Shown piece after piece: positions 21,193 to 35,316 of a DNA stretch of 64,000 bases. This DNA is from Prorocentrum cordatum. Lineage: Eukaryota. Made by a program: the position numbers and the translations under genes. The notes below the pieces were generated by a model that saw only the letters and a list, made by a program, of their open reading frames with translations, did no database searches and was not told the origin of the DNA. The DNA is taken from assembly GCA_963575745.1 (NCBI GenBank), contig CAUYUJ010000181.1, positions 310,001 to 374,000 of the forward strand, in the 5' to 3' direction. The stretch's first letter is position 1, and the number at the start of each line of letters is the position of its first letter.

Positions 21193-23929
21193 ACAATTCC
21201 ACCAAAGAGACTATAAGTACTGCTGGTGGTGGTGCGCTTGACCTCGCAGGGGGAGGCTGGGCGCAGGGCGCGGGTTGGGGTTCCCCGCGACTATGGCTGC
21301 GGGCCGCGGGCGCCCGTGGCGCCGCGCTTGGGCGCGGCCGCGGGTCCTGGGCTGCCTTGCCCGGCCTCGGGCCTTGGCGCCTCTCCTCCTCCTCCTCCTC
21401 CTCCTCCTCCTCCTCTGCCTCCTCCTCCCCTTTTCCTTCGCCCTCCCCTTTTTCGCCCCTCCTCCCGTCTCCTCCTCCTCCTCCCCCTCCTCCTCCTCCT
21501 CCTCCTTCTCCTCCTTCTCATCCTCGTCCTCCTCCTCCTCCTTCTCCTCTGCCTGCTCCTCCCCTCTTCCTTCGCCAATCAGCCAGAATCCACCCGAGCC
21601 CTGAGCAGGTCGGTGCACGTCACGAGTGTCATCTGGGTGGGGCGCTGTGTGGCCGACGCGGTGCTGCCGATGGACATGTCCCTGTGGCTCCAGTGGGCCA
21701 ATGGTCAAACCATCGATAGACCCGCTCTTCGGTCCCTCGGTGGAGAGGGCTCACCTTCTCCGCTTTGTAGCTAGGACGAGGTGACTTGGGCGAATTTGGG
21801 GTATCCTGAACATGCACAGGCTGGTAAAGTGAGGAGCCGATAAGGCAACATGAGTAATCATGGGGAGGTCGAAGGAAGGAGGTGCCGAATTTCTTGCGGA
21901 AAATTGGCACGCGGGCGGCAGATGTGCGAGATTTGAACTGTGGTATCGGGCTTCGTCTGACTCGTCGGAAACTTGCAAGTGCACTCGGGGGTGACAACAT
22001 GTCAGCTCCCCTCCGCGGCCTGCGAGGGTACTCCACGGGGCAAGCAGGACTTCGCGACTTCAAGTGAAGACTGCCAGCAGGTTCGAACCACAGCTGCTCG
22101 ACCCTTTGCAACAACACATTCGCGCACCTGCCCTCTGGGACGTGGATAAAATGCTCGAAAGTCTCACTAGCCCTGGGCAACGCTCACAAATGCACCCGAC
22201 TGCCAAGCAGATGTGGACCCGAGGAGGCAACCACATGTGAACCGTGCCCCTGCAGGTCGGACTCGGACTTCGGAACAGCGGGCTGGGGCTCAGAACTTGA
22301 AGGATGCTACAGCGAAGTGAACCCCAGCGGGTGTGTCCGACACCTCAGCGCCGATCGGACCCGCAAGAGTAGGGCCCGCAAGTGGTCGCAGACTGAGGTG
22401 TCCAGACTGGGGGCGCGAGATCGATGTGCGTCCTTGTGTGGTATGGCAGAGATGCTGGCTGGCACCCGACTGCGAGACTCGGGGGCATCGACCCCTTGAT
22501 TGCTCGATCCCTGGCACCTCGACCTTCGATCCCTCGATCCCTTGATCCATGGCCCCTCGACCCCTTGATCTAACCAGCCTCGAGCTTACCCCCAACTCTA
22601 AGATTATCAAGCCAGAAGGCGATGACAAGATTAGGGATGCGACCTCAGAAACGCAGGGCAATCCTGATCATCGGCATCGAGATAAGATGATGCCACTCAT
22701 GAGGATAGGGATGCGTTTCAGAGCTGCAAGTCGTTCATGTCTGATCGTGCTCATCTCTAATTGTGCTCGTTCCTAAGTGTTCCAGTGTTCCAGGCCCCCT
22801 AGTGGCCAGGCAGAGGCCCAGGATAGAAAATCAGAAATGAAGGGATCTTCCTCCTCCTCCTCCTCCTCCTCCTCCTCCTCCTCCTCCTCCTGGCCCCCAG
22901 AAGAATCAAAGAATTTTCGAAGAATTAGACCTGAACAATGTGTAGACGATCTGCGCTCGCCGACCCGTGATCCACGGACCCCTCACGAGACTCCCCTGGA
23001 CAAGGACTGGAGCCCGCGTGCCGTCTGGACCCACGGAGCGGAGGCGGGGCAGCACCTCCCTGCGCAGTCAGCAGCAGCCGAGCCGGGCGATCGGACGTGC
23101 ACACCAGAGGGTCCCCCAGAAGAGGAGCTGAGGCGGGATTGTTCTGCAAGCGCGCCCAACCGGCGAAGGACCTGGACCCGCAAAACTGACGGCCGCGACG
23201 CCCTCTCGGGAACCGGAAACGGCCAATTCGCATCGACGTGTCAGGGTAGGAGGTCGATCAACCTCCGATCATGAAGATGCCGTCGCTATGCCGGGAACCG
23301 CCACTGGCCAGTGGCAGAGTGCAGCGTCGGAGCCCATACCCATGCCTGGGCGTGCGCGGAACGCCCTCGGCGCGTGCGGGGCCCGACCCCAGGCGGGAGG
23401 CGCTGCCAGGACTTCCGGCCCGGCCCGCCGAGCGAGCTTCGGGCCGAGCCTCATGGCGCCAAGTCCCCGATCCTCCTTCGAACTTGCTTCTCGGTCGTGG
23501 ATTCGAGGGGATCCTCGTGAGGAGGAGATGGAGGAGACGGAGGAGGATGGAGGTCAAAACAAAATCCTCCCCCCTAATAATTATTCCGACAAGCGAGGCC
23601 GTTCAGTAAACGCACCCAAAGCAGGAATCGAATAGGGCAGGGCTGTTCAATTATCGGGTCCGGGGGGGTTCCTTCCCCTGCGTGGAGGAGGAGAGAGCTG
23701 GCGCAGGGCAGCGGCCACCAGTGGGTTCGAGCCTCGCGCGCCTCTGCAACAAAAGCCGCGCCTGCTACTCCAGCGAGAGGCGGCAGACAATGGCACGCGA
23801 GCAGGCCAGGCAGGGAACCAGAGTCCTCGGGGAGCAGGCTGGCTCATCTGTGGGAGGCGATGCACCCAACCACACGTCAACCTCTGCCGAGCGCTTGTGC
23901 TACGTAGCTGTGCAGGACCCTGATACAGT

Positions 23930-24322
<393 letters not shown>

Positions 24323-24777
24323 CCCCCTCCCACCCTTCCCGTGGGCAGAATGGTCCCTCGGGAAAGCTCTTCATACTCCCTTGTAGTCCCCAGCAAAGCC
24401 TGAAGCCTTCTAGAAGCCCTAGGAGGCGTCCCGCAGAAGAGCCCCGGCTGCCAAGGCGTCGCTCGCTCGCTCGCTCGCTACCTTCCTCATTCCGCCCCTT
24501 CCCCTCCCCCATCCTGCACCTCCTCTTCCCTCCCCCGTCCTGCACCTGTTCCTCTCTCCCTCCCCCGCTCCTGCACCTACTTCCCCCCCCCTCCCCCCGC
24601 CCCCCCCGTCATGCACATCCCCCTCCCTCCCTCCCTCCTTCTCTCCTCCTTCTCCTCCCGTCCTGCGCCTCTCTCTCTACCCCCCGTCCCTCCCCCGTCC
24701 TGCACCTCCTTCCTCCTCCTTCCCTCCCTCCCTCCCCCAACGCCGTGGCAGGCGGGACGCCCGCCTCCTCCACGAGC

Positions 24778-24815
<38 letters not shown>

Positions 24816-24923
24816 ATTTCTCTTTCTCTCTTTCTCTTCCTCTTTCTCTCTCTCTCTCTCTCTCGCTTTCTCTTTCTCTTCCCCTTTCTCTCTGTCATTA
24901 GATGTCTCTTTCTCTCTGCATTC

Positions 24924-24964
<41 letters not shown>

Positions 24965-25130
24965 TCGTACTCTCCTTCTCTCGCTTGCTCCCTCTTTCTC
25001 TACTGTGTATGGATTGTTATGTCTCTTTCTCTCTCTCTCTCTCTTTACTTCTCTCTCTCTCCTCCCCACCTATCTATATATAATATAATATGTCTTTTCT
25101 TCTATCTCTCTCTCTCTCTCTCTTCCTGGA
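24778..25130. repeat. (CT)n microsatellite region; (GA)n counterpart at about 45280-45530
   Basis: Seen directly. Confidence 0.9.
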
Positions 25131-26204
25131 TATCTCTGGACCCATCCCGCAGGATCGATAGATCTGTATATAGCTAGATAGCGCTGCCTCTCTCTGAACA
25201 GGTTCATATGCGTCTGTCTTTATATATATATATACATGCACGCACACATCTGTATGTCCGCCAGCGTGGACTCAACATTGCGTTTGGAACCATGTGTGTT
25301 GTACCGCCTGTGTTGCGAATTCTATGTGGTGCCATCTGCGTGTTGCCATCTCGGTGATGCAACCGAGGTGGTGCATTCAGTGGTGTGCAATTTACGGTGT
25401 GCAAAATTTGTGGGACGAGCAATATGGTGCCACCTACATGGTGCAATCTAGGTGGTGCAACTTATGTTGTGAAATCGGCTTTGTGCAATGTTTGTTGTGC
25501 AATCTACGTGGTGCAATCTGCGCAGAGACGCCTCCTCCCTGGGATGGTATGACTTGGTATGACTGCAGATTAAGAACGCATGATGGGGCAGAATCGTATA
25601 CAAACTGTACTATCCCAGGGGGTGGCGATAAACCTTGGGGAGGGAGGAACAGGTTCTGAGTAGAAAGGAGAATCTACGTGGCGTGGCGACGGGGCGGAGA
25701 CGGGGAGAAGACGGCGAGCACGGCTCTGCCAGACCGACACGCAGGCCCACTTCCTTAGAAAACGAATGAGACTCCCTAAGTGCAACAACTGTTGAGGAAT
25801 ATTTTGTTTTTTTCCTCTCTCTCTCTCTCTCCCTCTGTCTCTTTATGTATATATACATACTTATGTGCACATATGTATGTGTATATGTGTATCCCTCCCT
25901 CCCTCCCACACTTCTCTCTATCTACTTCCCTCCCTGTCTCTCCCCCTCTCCCTCCTTCCCTCCCTCCCTCTCTCTCTCTGTCTCTACCCGTTTCTCTCTC
26001 TGTCTCTCTCTCTCTCTCTCTCGCTCACCTTCACAGCCTACGCACACATCGACGCCTGCGCCGTCACGCCAGCCTGCCCGGGCGCCTCCCGCTCTCTCCG
26101 GGCGCACCTCTCTCCGTCCGCCTGGCCCGCCCGCCGGTCGCCGGCCAGAGCTCCTCCCCTGCGGGCTGCCTGCCACGCTGTCATCGATCCGCTCCCGTGC
26201 TGCA

Positions 26205-26378
26205 ACTGAAAGGGGGCCCTGGGACACACAAACAAATTGGCACCAATAACAGGATTCCCCACATTTCCCCATACTTTCCTGGTTTCTGTCTCCCCCCCAC
26301 TTCCCACAATTTCCCATATTTTCTGGGGAATCGACGATTAGTTGTGTCTGTGTTTTTTGTTTCCCCCCTCCTGAGCAA
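26205..26378. mobile_element. 174-bp insertion flanked by a 23-bp direct repeat
   Basis: CATCGATCCGCTCC(C/G)GTGCTGCA at 26182-26204 and 26379-26401 (22/23 identical) around a more AT-rich segment. Confidence 0.65.
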
Positions 26379-26526
26379 CATCGATCCGCTCCGGTGCTGC
26401 ATGCGCAAGCTGCACCCCGGCGGCACGTTCACAGGTCTGGTGCCGCCTATGCGCGTTCCCACGCCCGCGCGGCGACTTGCCGCCTCCCCCAAAAATCCCC
26501 GGCGCGCTTCGGCGACGCACTGACCC

Positions 26527-26674
26527 GGGTCAATCCAGACCGGGGTCGGTCAGGCCTGGCAGGATCCTGCAAGATCCTGCGGGATCTTGCACCCACCCCC
26601 AGGTCAGTGCACCCCTGGCTCTGCAGGATCCTGCAAAATCTGATGCTCTGACTGAGCCCCGTTTGCATTGACCC
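26527..26674. mobile_element. 148-bp MITE with 27-bp terminal inverted repeats
   Basis: GGGTCAATCCAGACCGGGGTCGGTCAG versus the reverse complement of the right end GGGTCAATGCAAACGGGGCTCAGTCAG (22/27); internal GCAGGATCCTGC palindromes; possible CC duplication. Confidence 0.7.
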
Positions 26675-26967
26675 CCGTCTCTTGAGCCCCGAGTGCTCTT
26701 CGGGCCGACCCTGCCGGCCAGCGCGCCGATCCCCCGACCCGACCTCGTGTCAGTGCGCGGGCCTCGGCTCAGGCGGCAGGGCCCCTGGCCGATTCCGCCC
26801 GCGCGATTCCCCACCGCACCTTCCAGCTCGAACGCTGGCCACAGGCGGAACTGGGCGTCGCCTGAGCCTCCGCGGGCACCAGTCCCCCTCCGCGGGCACC
26901 ACATCCCTGGGGGGGAATTGAGGGTTGCGCCCCCCTTTTCTCCCTCCTCGCTTTTTTTTTTTTGTTT

Positions 26968-26999
<32 letters not shown>

Positions 27000-29284
27000 C
27001 CTCTCTCTCTATCCAGTCCTGCTTCCTCTCGGCTAAGCCACCCCCTCCACGTCTGTGGCCCCCATTCTGGCCCGCTGCACCATGGCTGGCTCGCCTCCCA
27101 ACTCCAGTGTCGCGCGCTACCAGCCCGCGCCCATGGGGGCCTCTCGTAGGACCCTCCCTGATTGTTTTGCGCGCGGACACGCGCTGCGAACTCGATATCT
27201 TAATGTTTGTATTTTGTTTGTTCTCTCTCTCTCTCTCTCTCTTTCTCCCTCTCTTGTTCAGCGCTATTTTGGAGGGGAGGAGGGGGAGGGGGCAAAGCAC
27301 AGCGATAGCAATCTCGGCGACGCAATCGTGAAGCCACCGAGCTACCTCAGATGCCGCGCGCACGAATGAAGCTCGAGCGTCCAGCCACACAGGCGGGCAG
27401 TCCTGCTATGTAAGTATTTTTTGTATTTTCTCTATGTCCCTCTCGCTCACTATCTGTATACTGATATGCGTGTCACTCCCCGCCTCCTCCTCCTCCTCCT
27501 CCTCCTCCCTCCTCCTCCTCCCTCCTCCTCCTCCTCCTCCTCCTCCTCCTCCTCCTCCTCCTCCTCCTCCTCCTCCCCCTCCTCCTCCCCATCTCCCCCT
27601 CCTCCTCGTCCTCCCTCCTCGCTCGCCCTCCCTGCCCGCCGAGGAGGGCAGCGCTGCCTGCCTGCCCGGGCTTGCCCGCTGGCCCGCCGGAACGGGAGGC
27701 TGCTGGGGGCCTTGCTGCTCGAGGCCCGCGCTCGCTCCCGGATGAGGGCCCGGTCGCTGAAGATGATCGTGGCCGCGCGCCTGCGCGGGCGGAAGACCAG
27801 GAGGGCACAGGGAAGGGCGCCCAAACCCTCTTCCCGCGCGCACAAGCGCATGGACAAAGCATAATGCGCGCGGTCACCACATGACACTATGCTGGATGTT
27901 CTGTCAGCTTGACCATCGCCCACGCGACGGCGCGCGCCGTCGACAACTATGCAACTGCAGCACAACACTGCGCAACGAAAACGGGGAGGACCGGGTGGTC
28001 TACATCTGTGCGCGGCGAGAAAACGATTGCCAACGCAACTGATTGGATGCGCGATCAGAGCATTTCGCATAGCCGTCGTTTCAGCGGACGCGCGTGGCCA
28101 CGCAGCCGCGGCCGCGAGGCGGGGACGCGGACGGCGATGCGAAGACCTGGCATTGGCCCCCCTTCCAAGGATTCACTCCTGGGACAAATTCTTCGCGAGC
28201 CTGCTCCGTCGACATGCCCAAAGACCATGAGTAGGGCGAAGCAGTCCTGGGGGGCTGCAGAAAAAACGCTAGCCAAAGTGTTTGACACGGACACGCTGTC
28301 GAGTGTCATGCGCGCTGCTTCCAGCAAGTTGACTACCGCGACTGGACGACATCACAACGAACGACGGTTACGTGGTATCACAAAAAAAAGTTGATGCACT
28401 ACGGTCGCTGCAGATATGGGAGCGACGAATTTCGAGCTGGTTGTCCCGCGCGCAGGGTCGTGTCAACGGCAACTAAACTGAGGTAGGGATGAGTCCTCCC
28501 ATGCAGGGCGCAGAAGGGTGCGACGGGGCTGGCGGCGTGTCCGCCAAACCAGGACACCGCTTAGATTGAAACCTCTGCTGCAATCTGCGCGCTGCAGCAA
28601 GGCTGACTCATGACTGCCAGCGCGAAGATGGCCGCCACGTGGCGACGGCCGAAACACCCCCATTGAAATGGGGGACGGTCCCGACGGAAACCGTCGCACG
28701 ACGCAGGGCATCGTGCTAACCCTCCCTCCCCGCCCTGGTGGACGCCGTCCTGCTTGAACCTGTACACGATGAATTGTTCCCGGGCTGGTGTGTCCTGAGC
28801 CTCACGACTCGCTCCTTCTGTGTCTCCCCACCCCCGTCCTCCTCCTCCTCCTCCTCCCCGTCCTCCTGCTCCGCCCTCCTCCTCCGCAGCCTCCCTCCTC
28901 CTCCTCCTTACCCTCCAGCTTCGCGTTTCCCTCTCATCACCTTCCGCCTGAATCATTGGAGCTGGCGGAAGTCCCCACCGAGAACTCGATCTCCGAGTGT
29001 CGAGAGCACGGCGCCTGCCTACGTTATGGGGACATGTCAAGCGAGATCGTGATTTTCGTTGATGAGTTGCAAAGACAACTCCAGCAAAAACGTTGACCAA
29101 GAAAAAGGGGCAAGAACGCGGGCCGAGCACGTGGATCAAGAACGTGATCGAGATCGTAATCAAGAATGCGACCCCGTCCGCCGAAGGTTGAAGGCCAAAA
29201 CGAGACACTGCTATCCATGGATGCAGCCCCGAACGAGACACGGCGATCAGGGAATCATCATCCAACATCCCAACACAAAAAAAA

Positions 29285-29852
29285 AATGTCTGAAGCGATT
29301 CGGCCAATTCTACAAGAGATGTGAGGAAGTCTTGGGCGATTCGGCCAATCCCATAAGAAGCGTGATGATGTTTCAAGCGATTTAACTAATGCTACGAAGA
29401 AATGTGAGGATGTCTCTGGCGATTCGCCCAATTCTACTAAGACATGTGAGGATGTCCCAAGCGATTTGGCCAACTCTACGAAAAAATGTGAAGATGTCTC
29501 ACGCGATTTGGCAACTTATAATAAGACATGTGAAGATGTCACAAGCGATTTGGCCAATTCTACCAAGAAATGCGAGGATGTCTCATGCGATTTGGCCAAT
29601 ACTACTAAGACATGTGAGGATGTCTCAGGCGATTTGGCCAATTCTACGAAGAAGTGCGAGGATGTCTCACGCGATTTGCGCAATTCTACTAAGAAGCGTG
29701 AGGATGTCTCAGGCGATTTGGCCAATTCTACTTAGAAGTGTGATGATGTTTCAAGCGATTTAACTAATTCTACTAAGAAATGCGACGATTTCTCAAGCGA
29801 TTCGGCCAATTCTATGAGAAATGTGAGGATGTCTTAAGCGATTTGGCCAATT
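29285..29852 (+). repeat. 42-bp tandem repeat (about 13 copies)
   Basis: Unit approximately GATGTCTCAGGCGATTTGGCCAATTCTACTAAGAAATGTGAG, repeated without unique spacers. Confidence 0.9.
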
Positions 29853-30589
29853 CGGAGCCCGCAAGATTTTGCTGATTCCTGCCTGGACCCCCATGGAGCG
29901 TCAGGATGCCCTCTTTAGGTCCCAAGACGGGCCAAGAGGTTTCCTAAAGAACACCCGCGCGGCCCCTGAGGCTCCCAAGGGGCCCCAAACGGCCAAAGAA
30001 GCATGCAAGACTATCCCAAGAAAGCCCAAGAGTCTCCCAAGAAAGTTCCGAAACGACCCAAGCAGGCTGCAAGACGGGTCACAAAACCCGCACGACTGCC
30101 CCAGAACGGCTCAGAAACCCCCGGCCTCCTGGAGTGTCCGTAAACCTCTTAAGGCTCCCTATTGTTCCTGGGAGCTCCGGGAGCTTCATGTAGTCTCCAG
30201 CCCTGGTGTCCACAGGATCTCGCATGATATCTCGAACCTCTGGATCAAATCCGACGCCTCAGATCTGATTTCGGGCTTCGTTCCATACTGAATGAACTTA
30301 GCTCTTCGAACTGATCCGCGTTTTTTGGATGAGATCCGCGCTTGTACATGCAATTACTTATCTTTTCCCTCTTCCTCCTTTCTTTCCTTCTCGTCGTCGT
30401 CGTCCTCCACCTCTTCCATTTCCTCCAGCACTTTGTCCTCAATATTGTCTTCCTCCTCCACCTCATCCTCCTGCTCCTACTCTGCCTCCTCCTGCTCCTT
30501 TTCCTCCTCCTCCTCCCTACTCACCCTTCTCCTCCTCCTTTTCCTCCTCCTCCTCCCTATACACATGCTGATGCTCCTCCTCCTGCTCC

Positions 30590-30857
30590 TCCCGTCGTCA
30601 TCGTTACCGTCATCATCGTCATCATCTTCATCATCAGCCCACCCCTACATCACAAGCACCATGAACTGCATCGCCACCATGATCATCAGCATCGGCGTTA
30701 TGATCCTGACCATCACCAGCATCATCATAATGATCATCAACATCACCATCCTCGACGGCATCACCGTCATCGTCATCATGATCGTCAGCATCACCACCAC
30801 CACAACCACCACCATCGTCATCATCATCATCATCACCATCACGCACATCACGATCAC

Positions 30858-30911
<54 letters not shown>

Positions 30912-30919
30912 TATCATCC

Positions 30920-30961
<42 letters not shown>

Positions 30962-31050
30962 CCACTGTCAGCATCTTCGTCATCATCTTCATCATCATCA
31001 CCATCATCAACTTCCTAATCGTTGTCATCATCGTCACCATATTCGTCAAC
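30590..31050. repeat. (CAT)n degenerate microsatellite
   Basis: Seen directly. Confidence 0.9.
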
Positions 31051-31755
31051 GTCGTCTCCGAAGATCCCCGGCCGAACTCGAGTATCTCCGCAGCGTCTTG
31101 CATGCCACGTGAGCCTTCTTGGGGATTTGGGTTGTGGGCCTGAGGCCCCCCTGCATAATCATCATTGTCAGTATCACCAGCACAGTCATCACCAACACCA
31201 CCGTCACCATCGTTATCGCCATCGCCTTCCTCATCGTCGCTGCCACCTGCGGGAGCTGTCTGGGGGACTTGGGTTGTGCGCCTGAGGCCAGCATGCCTGG
31301 GTGATGGGCCAGTGTCCTGCTGGATGCCTGCTGAGATGCGCGAAGTCATTCGGAAGCATCCTGTAAAGCTCTCGGGAACCTCTCGGGTACTTCGTGGCTG
31401 CCTCTTGGGGCCTGTTGGAAGTCTCTTGGGAGCCTTGCGGAGCCCTTTTTCGGTGCCTTTTGGAGGCCTCTTGGAGCTTCCTGGGAAAGTGCTCCACCTC
31501 AGAAAAACTGATCAACATGGGATGTCGACGGACGCCTTCATCGAGGACGCATCGAGACCCAAGATCAATATCCGCAGAGCGATTGGCAATCCAAAACGCC
31601 GTGCAAATTCTTGACTCGGATGGCATCAGTCTGCACGAAAACCCTGGTGTGGTCTCCGTGCAGTTGGAGAGTGTGCCAGGCGATACCGAGAGAGAGGAAG
31701 GAACCTTCACCATCACGGGTCGCGAACCACTCGACATCGCTTTGCATATCAAAGT

Positions 31756-32992
31756 CTAGCCCACGATTATCGCGCTGCTGCGGTTGCTAGCGGGTCCTGT
31801 CGGCTGAAACGGCTCCACAACGATGCTGAGTCCAGCAGCGATCTGATCCCTGCCCGCCCGCAAGATGCGGTCAACGTTTAATGACTCTTCCATCGCAATG
31901 AACCCTAAGCTTCCAGGCCGGATCCTAAACGCGATTTCCCTTCGTCGGCTGAATTGGCTCTTGACCTTCGAACGAGGAACGAGCACTCGCTTGACCTGCC
32001 CGAACCGCGAGTTGTGCGTCGCCAGAATGTCGTCAGACTGAAAGCCTAAGCGACTGATCCGCCTGACCATTAAGACACAACGCACATTCTCCTCTTCCAA
32101 CAGCCGCAAATAGTCGGACATCGCGCTGCTGTTCTCGTCATGGTCGGGGAAGGACCCGGGCGTGGAGACTGCCTCGTGCACCCGCAGCAGATGACTTGAG
32201 AACGTACCCATCTTTACGCCGTGCTCGAAGAGGGCCCCGGTCGCTGGATCCCCTGCCGAGCCTTCACGGCTGTCCAGGACAGGGGACGCTAGCCTGGCAC
32301 GAGCCTCGAAGCCACGCGTCTCCGCAGAGCCATGCTTGCAAGCCAAGCAGGTGTTACTGACTGCTGCGTCGTCAAAGGTGGACTCGTCGCCTAAAAGCTC
32401 AGACCTGCGCGCGCCCGAGGTGCACACGCCCGGATCCGAGACCGCGCGTGGGCTATCTGGTGGACAACTGTCGCAACTCTCGGTCGCCTCGAGAAATGTA
32501 CTCTTGAGGCGCCACCTGGTACCGGTGACAACCCCGTTCTGGTCGAACCGTGCAGAACAAGGGCTCGCATGGGAAGGCAACCACCAGGGGGAGACGTCCG
32601 GGCGGCGCTGCCTCACCATCATTTGCCGCTGCAGGCACGATCGGCGCCGCCCGCGGCTGCTCCTCAGGGTAGAATGGATCGTCAGTGCTGAGCTTGGCAG
32701 GAACGCCGTCAGTCGTTGTCGACCAGGGCCCGGAGCGGCAGCCCGATAGAGCCGCCATCTCGCAGACTTCCCCTGCAGGCGGACTGGCAAGATCTGGCGT
32801 CGCAGTGCCGCCGACTGGCGTCGCCGTGCCGCCGACTGGCGTCGGCGTGCCGCCTGCAACTGGCGCCGAAGCGCCGCCGGCGACCAGCGCAGGCGAAGGC
32901 TCAGAGCGACAGGTTGATCGGGCCGACATCTCGCAGACTGGTCGCGCGCAGCTCTACCAGAACAGCGCTCCCTTGAGCCAAAATGGCTACGG
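31756..32992 (-). pseudogene. SL-headed processed pseudogene of an RRM-like RNA-binding protein
   Basis: CCGTAGCCATTTTGGCTCAAG at 32992-32972; ATG at 32929; intronless. The C-terminal frame has LKSTFL and RCVLMVRRISRLGFQSDDILATHNSRFGQVKRVLV...RPGSLGFIAM (RRM-like) but is out of frame with the ATG. Confidence 0.8.
32972..32992 (-). other. Dinoflagellate spliced-leader relict (21 nt, exact)
   Basis: Reverse complement of CTTGAGCCAAAATGGCTACGG matches DinoSL DCCGTAGCCATTTTGGCTCAAG without the first base. Confidence 0.95.
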
Positions 32993-35316
32993 GGGAGCGG
33001 GAGCTCCTTTGGGCCGTCTTGGAAGCTTCCTGGGCCGTCTTGGGGCCCCCCTGGGCTGTCTCGGTGGTCTCTTGGGAGCCTCTTGGCTCGTCTTGAGACG
33101 ATATGTCGGGCCTCTTGGGCCGTGTTGGAGCGTCTGGAAGCCGAACTGGGGAGAAGGCCAAAGCCTTTCAAAAACCTACTAAAAATCAATGACAATTCCT
33201 TCTTGGGCCCCTCCCGGGGGTTCGGAGACCTGCTGGGACGCTTTGGCAGCTTTTTTAACCGTCTTGGAGTGTTCCCGGGCCGCTTCGGACCTCTCTTGGG
33301 CTGTCCTGAGGCCTTTTGGAAGCCTCTTGGAGCTTCCTGGGGGCCTCTCGAGGCCTTTTGCGGACTCCTGGGGGCCTCTTGGGAGCTTCTGGTGAGCGAG
33401 GGCTCGAAATGTCAGCTCGCGTTCCCCATCTGGGGCTCCTCTTGGAGTGTTCTGGGAACTCTTCTGGGCCGTCTTGGAAGCTTCCTGGGCCGTCTTGGGG
33501 CCCTCTTGGGCTGTCTCGGTGGTCTCTTGGGGGCCTCTTGGCTCGTCTTGAGGCGATCTTTCGGGCCTCTTGGGCCGTCTTGGAGCGTCTGGAGGCCCCG
33601 AGCCCCGGGAGCCCTGGACCCCTAGAATGGACCCCTGGACACAGGGAGGCCCTGAGCGCCGAGAAACCCCAAGCCCCCGAGTCCCCTGAACCACCGGAAC
33701 CTCCCAGACCCCGGACCCCCGGATCCCAAACGGGAGCGGCGGACGGGCTGCGCCGAGAGGCATTTATTGCCGAATGGCATCTATTGCCGAAAAGAGGAGG
33801 GGGGGAGGAAGCGGGAGGGGGAGGAGGAGGAGGAGGAGGAGGAGGAGGAGGAGGAGGGAGGAGGAGGAGGACGAGACGAGGAGGAGTAGGAGGACGAGGA
33901 AGAAGGGGGGGAGGGGGAATGGAGGGGGGAGGAAAAGGAGGAGCAGGGACAGGAGAGAGAGGAAGGGGGTGGGGGAGGAGGAGGAGCAGGAGGGGAGGAG
34001 GAGGAAGGAAGAGGAGGGAGAAGAGGGAGGGGGGGGGAGGAGACGAGGAGGAGGAGGAGGAGAGGAGGGAGGAGGGGAGGAGGAGGAGGAGGAGGGGAGG
34101 AGGAGGGGAAGAGGAGGAGGTGGAGGGGGGAAAAAGGGGGAGAAGGAGGAGGGAGGAAAAAAAGGAGGAGAATGAGTCAGCCCAGGCTGGCTGAGCCCAG
34201 GGCGCCTCGTGTACCTGCGCCGCCCAGGGCGCTCGGGAGAGTAGCGCGGCGACGCCGCCGGAAGCGGAAGAGGAGGGAGAGGAGGGAGGAGCTTTCATGT
34301 CCCCCTTGCGTCCCCCTATGACTTTCCCATGGATTTCATGTCGCCCGTATACGTCTCGTTGTCGTCGGCCTGAAGAGGCCGCTGTTGATCCGCCAGTTCA
34401 CCGAAGGACCCTCCAGACACATCAAGCCGGATCTTCGGAACCCACGGGTGGACGGCCACCCCAGAGGGAGCTCGAAACTTCAGTCTCACTGGGAACCCCG
34501 AAACACATCTGGCAGAATCCCCGGAACCGCCAGTTCGACGAGGACCCCCTTGGGGTTCTCGGAAGCGCTGGTTCGACGGGCACTCACGAGACGCTCGACG
34601 GAACCGCAAGTTACACGAACACCCATCTGGGTGTCCGGAACCCCGTGGTTCGACGCCGAACGTCCCGAGCCTCCTCCCACACCTCGGCTACACCCTACAC
34701 CCCCCTTCCTCCTCCTTGTCCACCCCAGCTCCCTATCCAACGCCTGGAATACTCTCACGATCTGAAGTCCCCAGGACACGTTCCGTAAACAACGCCCGAC
34801 GCAAACTACACGCGGACACCAAAAGAAAAAGCACCGTCCCAGGAACCGTGCGTCACCACCTACACCATGGTCGAAACCCAATGTACACCTTCATTCTCTG
34901 GACAGAAGGGCCAACCATGTGAACGACGCATATGTGAAAACGCCATTACAATCGCCATTGCTATCGCCAAAGCAGGGGGAAGTTCAACTGGCGTTGCCCC
35001 ACAAGGGGCCCCAAACATCGCCTCTTGGGAATCTCTTGAAGCATTATTGGCACGCTCTTGGGCGGTTTTCGAGCCGTCTTCGGACTCACTTGGGCTCGTC
35101 TTGGGGCCCTCTTGGTCCATCTTGGGGCTATATTGAGGCCTCGGATGGCCATCAGAAGCGAAAAGGCGAGAACGCAAAATCATGTGGTTCCTCTTAGTGG
35201 TTGAAGAGTGCTGACATTTTGGAGACCTCCCTGGGAAGCTATTTCGTTTCTTGGCGCCTCCACGGCGCCAAGCATTCGTCCAGAGGTCCGCCCGAAGCAA
35301 GCTTTCCCCCCCGGGG

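Noticed and set aside
21780..22790. Possible decayed coding or retroelement fragment (also 27900-28790)
   Set aside because: High-complexity sequence but no motif I could identify with confidence.
29285..29852. CRISPR-like regular repeats
   Set aside because: Contiguous 42-bp tandem units with no unique spacers and no cas genes; eukaryotic context.
31756..33195. Intact 479-aa protein
   Set aside because: Its N-terminus runs through repeat DNA and the SL relict; only the C-terminal RRM-like part looks real.
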